A stretch of 64,000 nt of DNA from Thermoplasmata archaeon (GCA_021846395.1 JAJZXB010000006.1:26271-90270), one strand, 5' to 3'; shown: positions 20,004-30,393, counted from the stretch's first letter. Notes: a model not told the origin generated them from the sequence alone. Translations and numbers: made by a program.

Positions 20004-20914
20004 GTTATCACTTGTTGTTTGTCAAACAAAAAATTTTCAAGGGGCTTCTTGAATGGCCATATTTTATCAAGCGTTTCTGTTGGGCTGTAATAACCACGGA
20101 GTTTGGCAATATCATCTTCTTTCCTCAAAGAATAAAGGCGAGTCTTTACCAATTCAACGTATTTTGGATCAATTTCAATAGCCAAGCTATTTCTTTTTAG
20201 TTGAGAAGCAACCACAGCTGTTACGCCAGTTCCGGCTGTTGGGTCAAGAACAGTATCACCTGGAAGGGATGAAGATAAAACGATCCTAAGAAGAAGTGAT
20301 AGGGGTGCCTGCTGTTTGTGCATTCTTTTGCCACTTTTATCCCTAATTGCTTCATCACCTGCAAAATATCCTGAAGTCAATTCTCTAATATCATCCCAAA
20401 CATCAGTGAGTATGACACCGTTCCGTCTTTCATTCTTGTAGTTCTTTGGTAGTGGAACATTTGCACGGAGTCTGTTGAAGATTCTTGGCCTGTCACCTTT
20501 TGTTGCATAAACTATAATTTGAAACTGTTTGCCATACCGAAACTCAGATGGGACTGCAGATGTCATCTTTTTCCAAATTATAAGATTTTGAAAAGTCCAT
20601 CCAGATTTTCTGAGTGATCTTAAGACTTCTTCTGTGTTTTTTTCTCTTTGCATGAAATATATCGATGCTCCTTCAGTAGATTTTTTATTAATTAATCCTA
20701 GAACATCTTCGATCCACTTCCAGTACTCGCCAGTAGGTTGCTCATCATCAAAATTGAGATAATCTTTTCCCTGGTTGAATGGTGGGTCAAAAAAAGTCAG
20801 GTGGACAGTTTCATTCTCAATACCTCTTAAAGCTTCTACACAATCGTCATTGATTATTACGCTTCCATCTATCTTGGTAATATTTTTTTCTTCCATTTTC
20901 CTCACCATTATCAA
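20000..20914 (-). CDS. DNA methyltransferase, beta-class amino-MTase (N6-A or N4-C)
   Basis: Motif IV FFDPPF near the N-terminus and motif I LDPTAGTGVT near the C-terminus (circularly permuted beta order). Confidence 0.85.
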   Translation of the reverse strand: MIMVRKMEEKNITKIDGSVIINDDCVEALRGIENETVHLTFFDPPFNQGKDYLNFDDEQPTGEYWKWIEDVLGLINKKSTEGASIYFMQREKNTEEVLRSLRKSGWTFQNLIIWKKMTSAVPSEFRYGKQFQIIVYATKGDRPRIFNRLRANVPLPKNYKNERRNGVILTDVWDDIRELTSGYFAGDEAIRDKSGKRMHKQQAPLSLLLRIVLSSSLPGDTVLDPTAGTGVTAVVASQLKRNSLAIEIDPKYVELVKTRLYSLRKEDDIAKLRGYYSPTETLDKIWPFKKPLENFLFDKQQVIT

Positions 20915-21295
20915 AATCGCTTCTTTAAGTTTCTCCCTTCATCTCATTGTATGCATGTCTTAACATGGATTTCACAGAATTCTTAGTTTGCATATTCCAT
21001 CTCCCATTATTTTTGTGCTATTGATCGCCATGCCATCACAGCTCCCGTAATCTCTCACAAGATTATTAACACGGTATACAGAGAATACTCTTCTAATTTG
21101 TTGAGTCATTCTTCTGGTTCCATACTCATAAAAAGATAATCACTGACGTAATAAAAGTTTTTTGATTAATAAATTGCGTATATCCACATTATCCGAAAGT
21201 ATTTACAATGAAGTGGATTTAACGGTTTTTGATGCAATATTTTTTACAAAGTTTATATATAATAACGTATTGTAAATATAGCAGCGAATATCAAT

Positions 21296-21928
21296 TTATT
21301 TGCTTTGTAGCCTCTCAATCTCCTCCCTGATTTCTTCAATTACCTCGGTGTTATGAATTTGTTTTTTGTCCCCCGACTTAATAGAAATCACGTAAAACAC
21401 TTTGCCGCCATATTTTTGAATAAAATTTTCATGAGTCTTTAATTGCAAGGATCTTTCTTTGAAAATCTCTGGAATGTGGGCTGTATCTGCTACTGGTTTT
21501 ATTTGTAGACCAACATATTTTGACCCAACCCTTATAAAGAAATCTACATTAAACAGCCTATCCCATTCATCGGGTGCTGGTTCTATTTTCAATTTTAATA
21601 GTTCCTGGAGCTGCTCATAAATAGTTTTCCTTTCTGTCATATAGCCATCGAAAGTACGGTTAATCACTAAATTTACAATGAAATCAATGCAATCCTCTTC
21701 AGTAATCTCATTAATCTCGGCTGTTAAAACCTCTGTTATTTTTACGTAAAGTTTCCTACCAAGGTCTACCAAACGCTCTCTTGGATAAACGTGACTATAG
21801 TAGTATCTCTCCCAATCCTGCAAGATTTTTGGAGAGCACTTCCTAATCTCCTCAGAGACCTTACCGACATTCCTTGAATTCAGTTGAAACCTGTTGGTTG
21901 CACTATTTAAAATCCATTCCTTTGCCAT
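21296..21928 (-). CDS. candidate Type II restriction endonuclease
   Basis: 210 aa, directly downstream of the second MTase with a 1-nt overlap. Possible nuclease core PDEWDRLFNVDFF...YVGLQIKP (D...QxK variant). Confidence 0.35.
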   Translation of the reverse strand: MAKEWILNSATNRFQLNSRNVGKVSEEIRKCSPKILQDWERYYYSHVYPRERLVDLGRKLYVKITEVLTAEINEITEEDCIDFIVNLVINRTFDGYMTERKTIYEQLQELLKLKIEPAPDEWDRLFNVDFFIRVGSKYVGLQIKPVADTAHIPEIFKERSLQLKTHENFIQKYGGKVFYVISIKSGDKKQIHNTEVIEEIREEIERLQSK

Positions 21929-23166
21929 TATTGTTCACCGGCTGCTTTGATAAAATTTGTCCTATACCTGAAATTGCCGTTTTGTACATTTGCCATCCCT
22001 TGTTTCACTAACTCCTTGTTTACGAATATTTTATTCTTTAAGAAAACATAAGCAGGTACGATTTCTGCTTCTGCCTTTGAAAAGGGATCGAATTCCAAAA
22101 ACACATGCTTTCCTCTTACGTACTCATTCAAATAGGAAAGTATATTTTCGACCTCATTGGATATAATTTTGATTCCATAAAATTTCACTTTGAGCCCAGT
22201 ATCCAATTCCAGTGTTTCTGCGTCTATTACCTTTGTAACCTTATAGAGCTTCTCTGCCCCGAATTTCAACTTCTCTGGAGAAACAATCGGAGAAGCATCT
22301 TGAATATTAGGAACATATTCATATTCCTCTGGAATCTCTATATCTTGAGACTGAACGGCAAATTCTATGTTACTGTCATAGGTTAAGAGGTTTTTGCCTC
22401 TGTTTGTTTTCTCCCTAATTAATGAAAGAAAATTACTATTTATCTCATATCCGATGGAATTCCTATTAAGTTCAAGTGAGACCTTTGATGTTGTTCCACT
22501 ACCGAGGAATGGATCCAAAACTGTGTCTCCAACGAAACTGAACATTTTGATTATTCTTCTGGGCAATTCTTCAGGAAACATCGCTTCATGGCCCACCTGT
22601 CTCTCACCATTGAAGTTCCAGTGGCCATAGAAATACTCCTTCCACTCCTCTTTTGTAAGTTTTGATTTTTCCTTCAAATCCGGGGATACTGAACGATTTC
22701 CTTGCTTTTTGAATATTAGTATGAACTCATAGTCAATTTCAACCAAGCCATTTGGGGGAAAAGGATAGGAGCCCATAACTGAGGCTCCTCCAGTGGTGTT
22801 CATAGTAGTCTTTTTTTGCCAAATAATTGAGCCCATATAATCAAAGCCGATTCTCTCACATTGGATGATAAACTCAGAATGTAAGGGGGCAATTTTGTAT
22901 CTACCATATACTACGCTTCTAAGAAACTGATCACCTATGTTTATGCATAGCCTCGACCCCTGTTTAAGGACCCGGTAACACTCTTTCCACACAGTATAAA
23001 GGCTCTTTAAATACTCATGTAACGATTGCCCAAAACCAATTTGCCCTTCCGCATCATAATTCTTTATATGCCAGTAAGGCGGCGATGTCACTACTAGATC
23101 AACAGTAGAGTCCTCTAATTCCACCATTTTCCTACTATCTCCATTAATAATTTTTGAAGTAATCAT
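21928..23166 (-). CDS. DNA methyltransferase (beta-class, SPPY) fused to C-terminal SNase-like domain
   Basis: Motif IV TSPPYW near the N-terminus and motif I LDPFLGSGTT. The C-terminal ~140 aa resembles staphylococcal nuclease (KVTKVIDAETLEL...FVNKELVKQGMANV, cf. SNase VNEALVRQGLAKV) but lacks the DTPE catalytic residues. Confidence 0.8.
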   Translation of the reverse strand: MITSKIINGDSRKMVELEDSTVDLVVTSPPYWHIKNYDAEGQIGFGQSLHEYLKSLYTVWKECYRVLKQGSRLCINIGDQFLRSVVYGRYKIAPLHSEFIIQCERIGFDYMGSIIWQKKTTMNTTGGASVMGSYPFPPNGLVEIDYEFILIFKKQGNRSVSPDLKEKSKLTKEEWKEYFYGHWNFNGERQVGHEAMFPEELPRRIIKMFSFVGDTVLDPFLGSGTTSKVSLELNRNSIGYEINSNFLSLIREKTNRGKNLLTYDSNIEFAVQSQDIEIPEEYEYVPNIQDASPIVSPEKLKFGAEKLYKVTKVIDAETLELDTGLKVKFYGIKIISNEVENILSYLNEYVRGKHVFLEFDPFSKAEAEIVPAYVFLKNKIFVNKELVKQGMANVQNGNFRYRTNFIKAAGEQ

Positions 23167-23550
23167 GATTCACCCATAATAAAGAAATAGCATCTTAAAC
23201 ATTATATAAATTTAAGGATATCTCTTTTCAAATATTTTTTTTCTATTTCATCCTTGCATTTAAATTATCCGTTTAATATCTGTTATCTCACGGTACAGTT
23301 AATTCGTTGATTTTCAGGTAAATTAACTTGATGTGACGGGAATATTCAACAAAAAACAGATATTTGGAAAGTTTCCCATTGAATAAATGAAATAAATTTG
23401 ATCGAAGGAAATAAAAATATTACCAAGCAATTCCAGCCGGACTCGCACATGGGCGGGATAAACCACTGAAACTGGTAGGTATTTCTGTCATGGTTATAAC
23501 CAGATTGTGATGCATTTATCCACAAAGTTGGCTAATTCCTACATCGCTAA

Positions 23551-23622
23551 TGGACCGGCCGGGATTTGGACCCGGGCCCTCTTGCTTGCGAAGCAAGCGA
23601 TCTACCGCTGATCTACCGGCCC
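23551..23622 (-). tRNA. tRNA-Ala (anticodon CGC)
   Basis: Minus-strand cloverleaf: acceptor GGGCCGG with G3:U70 wobble (Ala identity element), D-arm GATC/GATC, anticodon stem CTTGC/GCAAG with loop UUCGCAA, T-arm CCGGG-TCCAAAT-CCCGG, discriminator A. The T-loop has C at position 55, which is atypical. It abuts the RFC stop codon. Confidence 0.75.
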
Positions 23623-24578
23623 TAATTGATCTCGCTTCCGATATATGATAACTTTGCTATAAGTGCATCCATTTGAATATTATCTGTTCCACCTTCAACT
23701 ATCCTGAATTCGGCCTCAGCAAGAGCCATGATAATTTCAAGTTTTTGTTTATATGCTATTTGTTCTTTTCTTATGGATGAATGCATACCCTTTATTATAT
23801 CTATTCCTGACAGTCCATAGTCTATAAGCATTTTATCAAGCAAATCTCTTGCCTGATTGAAATTTCCCTCAAGAGCAATATTTATCAGGTTTTTATATTC
23901 ATTTTTATTTATTTCCCCTGCTATTCTGTATATTGTCAATGGATCTATTTTTCCAGATGTTTTAATTGCCTGAAGTACATTTATTGCCTTTCTCATATCA
24001 CCTTCAGAGATTTCATATATTGCATTCAGGGATTCATCATCAATTTCAAATCCTTCCTTCTTTGATATTGCCCTCAATTTAGCCTTCATTTCATCCTCAT
24101 TTACAGGAGAAAATCTCAATACTACACATCTTGACTGAATGGGAGGTATAATTTTTGAAGAATAATTGCATGAAAATATGAATCTTGTTGTATTGTAATA
24201 CATTTCCATCGTTCTTCTTAAGGCAGCCTGTGCATCGCCGGTTAAATGGTCCGCCTCATCCAGAAATATTATCTTGAATCCAATGTCATTTGAAGGTTTT
24301 ATTTTGGCAAAATTTTTGATATTTTCCCTTATAATATCTATACCTCTTTCATTTGAAGCGTTCAGTTCCAGAAAATTATCCTTCCATGACTCACCAAAAA
24401 GCTCAATTGCCAGAGCTATTGCTGTTGAGGTCTTTCCTGTTCCTGGAGGGCCAGCAAATATCAAATGAGGTATATTCTTTTCCTTAACAAAGGAGTCAAG
24501 CCTGTTTATATTATCTGATTCACCGATTACACCGGATAGCTTTGTAGGTCTGTATTTTTCAGTCCATATGTTGATCAT
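23622..24578 (-). CDS. rfcS: replication factor C small subunit
   Basis: WTEKYRP...GPPGTGKTS Walker A, DEAD-like FLDEAD, SRC motif (QSRCVVLRF). No intein. Confidence 0.9.
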   Translation of the reverse strand: MINIWTEKYRPTKLSGVIGESDNINRLDSFVKEKNIPHLIFAGPPGTGKTSTAIALAIELFGESWKDNFLELNASNERGIDIIRENIKNFAKIKPSNDIGFKIIFLDEADHLTGDAQAALRRTMEMYYNTTRFIFSCNYSSKIIPPIQSRCVVLRFSPVNEDEMKAKLRAISKKEGFEIDDESLNAIYEISEGDMRKAINVLQAIKTSGKIDPLTIYRIAGEINKNEYKNLINIALEGNFNQARDLLDKMLIDYGLSGIDIIKGMHSSIRKEQIAYKQKLEIIMALAEAEFRIVEGGTDNIQMDALIAKLSYIGSEIN

Positions 24579-24696
24579 ACTATCATTACTAATTACATAC
24601 TTTATTTAAATATTCCTTAAATAATTTTCACAGCATTCCAAGTATTTGTTAAATAAATTGTCTAAATATTAATAAATAGAATAACAATATTGAAAT

Positions 24697-25299
24697 ATGA
24701 AAAATATAGTTTTCCTTGCATCCGGAAACGGCTCCAATTTTCAGGCAGTTGCAGATGCAATTGACTCGGGATTTATTGATGCACGAATATCAAAATTGAT
24801 ATGCAATAATAAGAATGGATTTGTTCTTCAGAGAGCCAAAAATATGGGAATAGAATCAATACTGATAAATTCTAAGAATGATTACAATAACCTTATTTAC
24901 ATTATATTAAAGGAAGAGAATCCAGATTTGATTGTTCTTGATGGGTATATGAAAATATTATCTGAAAATATAATAAACGAATTCGTATATAAAATTATAA
25001 ACCTCCATCCCTCATTGCTTCCGGCATTTGGTGGAAAGGGTTATTACGGAAAAATAGTCCATGAAAACGTTATTGCATCCGGGGCAAGGTATTCTGGATG
25101 CACGCTGCATTTCGCAACTAATGATGTAGACAATGGGCCGATAATAGACCAGAGAGTTGTCGAGGTCCTTGATGACGATACACCTGAATCACTGGAAGAA
25201 AAAATACATAAGGTTGAGCATGAATCCTTAATTTTCTCAATAAATCTTGTATTGAATAAAATTTATGAAATATCAGGTAAAAGAGTTAAGAGATTATAA
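24697..25299 (+). CDS. purN: phosphoribosylglycinamide formyltransferase
   Basis: LASGNGSN N-terminus and the NLHPSLLPAFGG motif. Confidence 0.85.
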   Translation: MKNIVFLASGNGSNFQAVADAIDSGFIDARISKLICNNKNGFVLQRAKNMGIESILINSKNDYNNLIYIILKEENPDLIVLDGYMKILSENIINEFVYKIINLHPSLLPAFGGKGYYGKIVHENVIASGARYSGCTLHFATNDVDNGPIIDQRVVEVLDDDTPESLEEKIHKVEHESLIFSINLVLNKIYEISGKRVKRL

Positions 25300-25860
25300 G
25301 CCCATCCTTATAATTCCAGAATATATCATATAAATTCCAAATATTATTAAAATAATCATTGATGCATATTTTATATATTTTTCATATTTTAATCCAAATT
25401 TATTTATTGCATATGGGAATGTAAAAATCCAGATGAGTATTCCTATGAATAGGCCTATTACAGAGAATATACTCAATGTATTTAACATAAAAATTCCAAC
25501 CGTGAACCACCATATAATCTGAAAAGGATTTGTTAAACCCAGTGATAACCCCATAAAATAATTTCCCTTTCTGGAAAATCTTGGAATTTTTGAATTCAAA
25601 ATCATATAAGCTATGAAAAGCATTAAAAATCCACCGATAAAATATATTACATTCAGCAATATTTCAGGTATATATGCCCTTAAAATGTATACAATAATAA
25701 AGAATGCAATATCAGCACTCATTGCACCCAAACCAACGCTTGCACCATGGAGTTTTGATTTTAAAGATTCATTCGCTATGATTGCATTTACACCTCCTGG
25801 TGGTCCTGCGAGGGATAAACCAAGAATTATGCCAATGAGTATAACGGTAATATTCATCAT
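25294..25860 (-). CDS. LysE/RhtB-type amino-acid exporter family membrane protein
   Basis: 188 aa, about 6 TM segments, N-terminal GPPGGVNA motif. Confidence 0.55.
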   Translation of the reverse strand: MMNITVILIGIILGLSLAGPPGGVNAIIANESLKSKLHGASVGLGAMSADIAFFIIVYILRAYIPEILLNVIYFIGGFLMLFIAYMILNSKIPRFSRKGNYFMGLSLGLTNPFQIIWWFTVGIFMLNTLSIFSVIGLFIGILIWIFTFPYAINKFGLKYEKYIKYASMIILIIFGIYMIYSGIIRMGL

Positions 25861-26043
25861 GGTGAATATTTAAAAAATAGATAATATTTACCTATTTTTG
25901 GAATTATATTATATTTCCTGAAAATTATTGATACTGCTATTTTTAAGTATGTTATCACACATTGAGTTCCCGCACTCTATTATGAGCGATTCAATTTTAC
26001 ATAATTTTAAAGGCTTAATACGATAATATAAATATCAACAAGT

Positions 26044-27318
26044 TCACTCAATAATATCATCCTTTAAAAGAAAGTTTAAAAGCGATGTGTATTTTATTTT
26101 ATAACCATTTTTCTCTATTGCGTCATTAAAATCCCATGTTATGATTTCCATGTTATCACATTTTAATTCCTTTAAGCCCTTATTTAAGGATATAATTTCT
26201 CTTTGTTTTACCTCTTTAAAAGAAGAAGCATAAGTGACATTTATCATTTTTATTATTTTTTCTTTTTGCTTTATTATAAAATCAATCTCATGGTCATTGT
26301 AATCTTTCCAATAATACAACTCATAATTTTTTAGAAATGATAATCTCAATAACTCAATTAAAACAATATTTTCCATTAATTTACCCTTATCAGGATTAAT
26401 TTTGAATGATGCATAATTTATTAAGCCCGTATCAACACAGAAATATTTTCTTTTTGCCTTAAATTGTTCTTTGAATTTAAACGAAAATTTTTTAATTGGT
26501 ATTATAAGATATGAATTTTCTATGTAATTTATGTACTTGGTTAGGGTGTGTAAATCTTTTATCTGAAAATTGTTTTTTATATTATTTATTGATATTTCAT
26601 TACCAGAGTTTGATACTAAATAATCGGCAACCTCTCTTATATTGTTATTTTTTATATTTTTATTATATATTATATCATTTTCAACAATGTCATGAAAAAT
26701 GGTATTTATTATTATTGTACCTATCTTATAAACTTCGGGAAAACCTCCGGAATCCATATAATTATTAAGTTCGTTTATCAATATTCCTAAATTTTCAATA
26801 TTATTATAATCTATATTTTTTATTTTTAAATATTCCCTGAAACTTAATGGGTATAATTTTAATTCCACATACCTTCCAGTTAAATACTTTGCTAAATTGC
26901 TTCCTAATAATTCAGAATTTGATCCTGTTATGATTATTTTTTTATTTATTCTAAATCTAGAAACAAAGAGTTGCCAACCTTTTATTCTTTGGATTTCATC
27001 AAAAATAAAATAATCAATATTGCCATATATTTCATAAAATGCACTTATTAAAATTTCGAAGTCTTCACTTGTGAAATTTGCCAATCTTTCATCAAAGAAA
27101 TTTATATACCCATATTTTTTTTCTTTAAGTAAAAACAAACCAAGTATGGATTTGCCAGATCTCCTTATGCCCGTTATTGCAAGTATATTTGGATATTCAA
27201 GATATTTTTCAGGATTTATTTTTAAAATTTCCCTATCAATTATTTGATTTTCCTTAAAAAAAGTATCCATAGTTTTTCTTTGTGATATTATAATATTTGT
27301 CAATTTTTGTGTGTTCAT
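26044..27318 (-). CDS. AAA+ ATPase with C-terminal DUF4143 (COG1373 family)
   Basis: Walker A GIRRSGKS, Walker B IFDEIQ, and a C-terminal restriction-endonuclease-like region. The gene is markedly more AT-rich than its neighbours. Confidence 0.75.
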   Translation of the reverse strand: MNTQKLTNIIISQRKTMDTFFKENQIIDREILKINPEKYLEYPNILAITGIRRSGKSILGLFLLKEKKYGYINFFDERLANFTSEDFEILISAFYEIYGNIDYFIFDEIQRIKGWQLFVSRFRINKKIIITGSNSELLGSNLAKYLTGRYVELKLYPLSFREYLKIKNIDYNNIENLGILINELNNYMDSGGFPEVYKIGTIIINTIFHDIVENDIIYNKNIKNNNIREVADYLVSNSGNEISINNIKNNFQIKDLHTLTKYINYIENSYLIIPIKKFSFKFKEQFKAKRKYFCVDTGLINYASFKINPDKGKLMENIVLIELLRLSFLKNYELYYWKDYNDHEIDFIIKQKEKIIKMINVTYASSFKEVKQREIISLNKGLKELKCDNMEIITWDFNDAIEKNGYKIKYTSLLNFLLKDDIIE

Positions 27319-27477
27319 TTATCAATAATCACATAGATTAATTTAATCTTTGTGGTTTATCTAATTAATAGAAATTATTATATATATTATAATTTATATG
27401 AACAAGAAAAGTATTATAGCAATATCTATTATAACAATAATGATAATGGCTGGTTTTACTGGACTGATATATTATAA

Positions 27478-27806
27478 CTCTCCACAGGTGGCAAGCCCCC
27501 AAAGCTCTCCATTGACCGGAAGAATGTGTTGAAATTATTGCTGGGAGAAAAAGACCTCTGGATTATCAAGGAGATAGATACCCTAATAAGAGAGAAATTT
27601 TATATTCCATATTCTGAGAGGCAGATACGCAGAATACTTAAAGGATTCAAGATGAGGCATGCAAAACCCTATCAGATGAATTACAGAAAACCTGAGAATG
27701 CGGAGGAAAAACTCGGTACAATGGACCAAAAAGCAGGATGCCATTCTTGAACTGCTGGGCAAGATATCACAGTTGTATAAGAAGGGAGTTAAGGTTTTAA
27801 AATATT
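27478..27806 (+). pseudogene. IS630/Tc1-like transposase internal fragment (remnant)
   Basis: The frame opens without a Met and reads TGGKPPKLSIDRKNVLKLL...YSERQIRRILKGFKMRHAKPYQ, matching the region following the HTH of IS630 transposases. It is interrupted by stops and a frame change, and no DDE domain follows. Confidence 0.5.
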
Positions 27807-27807
27807 T

Positions 27808-28692
27808 TTAAACAATATTCATATTTTTTAAAACAATATAACCCGAGACTATATCTTCCAAACCAATACCCATGGTTTTGAATATTGTTTTATTTCCTTT
27901 TTTAGGATTTAAAATAAAATCCTTTAATTCAATAATTTTATTCTTGTCACTTACCTCGGAAATTTCAGATGATTCTTTCATTGATTGTTCCAAATGCTCT
28001 GTTATAATGATATCTGCATTATCTAAAACGTTCCCGGATGCTTCTCTGTGACCCAGTATATTTGCACCAACAAGATTTAGATGATATTTATCTGGAAGCA
28101 TTGAATTATCGAATATGGGATCGGTTGCGTTTGTAATTGATGTTATCACATTCGCTTTTTTTAATACTGATAAATTATCGGAATAAGTTATATCAAAATC
28201 AAATTTTTCAGAGAATTTCTTTGCGTGCTCATAATTTCTTGAATAAACGTATACATTTTCAAAATCATAGACTTCCTTCATTGATAGCAACTGTGTTTCA
28301 GCCTGAAATCCGGAACCAATTAAGGCAAAGTTTATGTTTTTTTTCTTTATTATTTCTGAGGTAACCATTGCTGGTAAAGCCCCTGTTCTTATCTGGCCAA
28401 GCGTATTTGCATCAATAACATATAGATTTTCTGGATTTGAAACATCGAAAATTATAACAACGAATCTAACACCGTTCTTTGATGCTATATATGTTTTCAA
28501 TCCTGCTATATTGTACTTTTCATAATAGGCCGGCATTGTGTTCAATATTGAATTCCCTGAAAATATCCTGTCTCTGGAATTTGAATGGGATTTTCCACTA
28601 CCATATGATATGAATGCTTCTCTCAGTTCAGATATGCATTGCTTAATAGGCAGATTCTTCTGTACATCATTATCACTGATATAGGTTATCAT
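27808..28692 (-). CDS. ornithine cyclodeaminase/mu-crystallin family protein
   Basis: 294 aa with a Rossmann fold (ALIGSGFQAETQL) and an OCD-like N-terminus. Confidence 0.8.
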   Translation of the reverse strand: MITYISDNDVQKNLPIKQCISELREAFISYGSGKSHSNSRDRIFSGNSILNTMPAYYEKYNIAGLKTYIASKNGVRFVVIIFDVSNPENLYVIDANTLGQIRTGALPAMVTSEIIKKKNINFALIGSGFQAETQLLSMKEVYDFENVYVYSRNYEHAKKFSEKFDFDITYSDNLSVLKKANVITSITNATDPIFDNSMLPDKYHLNLVGANILGHREASGNVLDNADIIITEHLEQSMKESSEISEVSDKNKIIELKDFILNPKKGNKTIFKTMGIGLEDIVSGYIVLKNMNIV

Positions 28693-28805
28693 AATGTGTA
28701 ATCTACCTTTATTTATTAAATATTTTTATATTGAGCATTACAAATGATTTAGAGCACAAAAATGAAATGCCTATAAAATTAAATAAAAATTATAAAATAT
28801 GCAAT

Positions 28806-29207
28806 TCAGGCCAACTTAAATTTATAGCCATATTCAATTATGCCGTTTGTTCCGTCTTCCCTGATTTTTCTGAATGCCATATGAACCTTTTTGCCTATTT
28901 CAACATTGTCCGGATCGCAGTCAACAATCTGGGCCGTTATTACAGGGCCTTCATTTAATTTTATTAAAGCCATAACATATGGTACCTGCCTTTTGAATGC
29001 AGAAGATGATTCATGCACAATTGAATAGGACGTGATTTCTCCATTGCCGGACAGCTTAAATTTTTCCATTTTTCCAATGGATTCCCTATGGCAGTACGGG
29101 CATATGTCCCTTGGCGGAAAATATGTTCTGTTACAGTTTTTGCATTTATAGCCAATTAAATTGTATCTGTATTCTGTTTCTCTCCAGATTCTTGATAATT
29201 CTGTCAT
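28806..29207 (-). CDS. DUF35 zinc-ribbon/OB-fold protein (thiolase/HMGCS scaffold)
   Basis: CKNC...CPYC ribbon plus OB-fold. It lies downstream of thiolase and HMGCS, as in the archaeal three-protein complex. Confidence 0.8.
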   Translation of the reverse strand: MTELSRIWRETEYRYNLIGYKCKNCNRTYFPPRDICPYCHRESIGKMEKFKLSGNGEITSYSIVHESSSAFKRQVPYVMALIKLNEGPVITAQIVDCDPDNVEIGKKVHMAFRKIREDGTNGIIEYGYKFKLA

Positions 29208-29217
29208 TTGATCACCT

Positions 29218-30393
29218 CTAATACCCCTCCAGAATGTGTATCACGGAAGATGTTCCTGTTCCCGCCATATTATGCAGTAAGGCATACTTTGCATTTTTAA
29301 TCTGCCTTTCACCTGCCTTTTCATTTAACTGCAAATATGCCTCAACCACCTGTCCAACACCAACTGCACCATACGGATCTCCCTTTGCCTTTAAACCTCC
29401 TGATGGGTTTACAGGTATTCTTCCACCTGTCTTTATTTCATCGTAAACAAGCTCTTTGGCCTTTCCCTTTTCAACAAAACCAAGATCCTCAAGTTCCAGT
29501 AAAGCATATATAGAAAATGAATCGTGCAATTCAACAAAGGATATGTCATCTCTTTTTACATTTGCCCTTCTAAATGCCTTTTCAGCGGCAAGCTTTGTTG
29601 ATTTCAACGTATATATGGAATCTCTGGAACCAACTGACAAATAATCCTGGGCAATTGCGGACCCTATGATTTTGATTCCTTCCTTTTTATTTCTTTTCAT
29701 ATACTCCTCGGATGCTAGAACAACAGCAGCTGCACCATCACTTACAGGTGAACAGTCCATCAGATTCAATGGTTCGGCAACGGGAATTGCATCCATGGCC
29801 TGCTTCAATGTCAATTTATTATGGTACTGTGCATTAAGATTCTTTGATGCGTTTAGATGGTCATTCACGGGGACCATGGCAAGTGCTTCCTTTTCCACAT
29901 TGAAATCATGCATGTATTTTCTTGCTATTATTGCTGCCATTGCAGCGGGTGTTGCACCATAAAATGCCTCCCATTCCCTATCCAAAATGGATGACATCTT
30001 CTCTATGATGTCACTGCCATGGATATCTGTCATTTTCTCAACACCACCAACAACAACCACATTATATTCTCCGGATTTTATTGATAGATATGCTTCTCTT
30101 AAAGCCGCTCCTCCTGAAGCGGTTGAAGCCTCAACCCTTATTGATGGTATCCCTTCATTGGATAATCCCGAGAAATCTGCTATCAACGCCCCTATATTTT
30201 CCTGCTCATTTATTGTCCCTGCCAGGCCATTTGCACCGTATATTGCATCTATATCCTTTGAATATATGCCCGCATTTTCTATTGCCTTTAAACCTGCTTC
30301 AACCGCCAAATTTCGTAAGGATTTATCCCATAATTCACCGTATTTTGTTTCTCCTGCGCCGATAATATACACATTATTACTCAACACTATCAC
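29218..30393 (-). CDS. acetyl-CoA C-acetyltransferase (thiolase)
   Basis: 391 aa thiolase fold with catalytic Cys near aa 85 and the C-terminal GxGxG region. Confidence 0.85.
   Translation of the reverse strand: MIVLSNNVYIIGAGETKYGELWDKSLRNLAVEAGLKAIENAGIYSKDIDAIYGANGLAGTINEQENIGALIADFSGLSNEGIPSIRVEASTASGGAALREAYLSIKSGEYNVVVVGGVEKMTDIHGSDIIEKMSSILDREWEAFYGATPAAMAAIIARKYMHDFNVEKEALAMVPVNDHLNASKNLNAQYHNKLTLKQAMDAIPVAEPLNLMDCSPVSDGAAAVVLASEEYMKRNKKEGIKIIGSAIAQDYLSVGSRDSIYTLKSTKLAAEKAFRRANVKRDDISFVELHDSFSIYALLELEDLGFVEKGKAKELVYDEIKTGGRIPVNPSGGLKAKGDPYGAVGVGQVVEAYLQLNEKAGERQIKNAKYALLHNMAGTGTSSVIHILEGY

Noticed and set aside
20915-21160. 49-aa minus-strand ORF (MTQQIRRVFSVYRVNNLVRDYG...) just upstream of the first MTase as a possible controller (C) protein
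   Set aside because: It has no HTH signature and falls below the ORF size cut-off; it cannot be supported from sequence alone.
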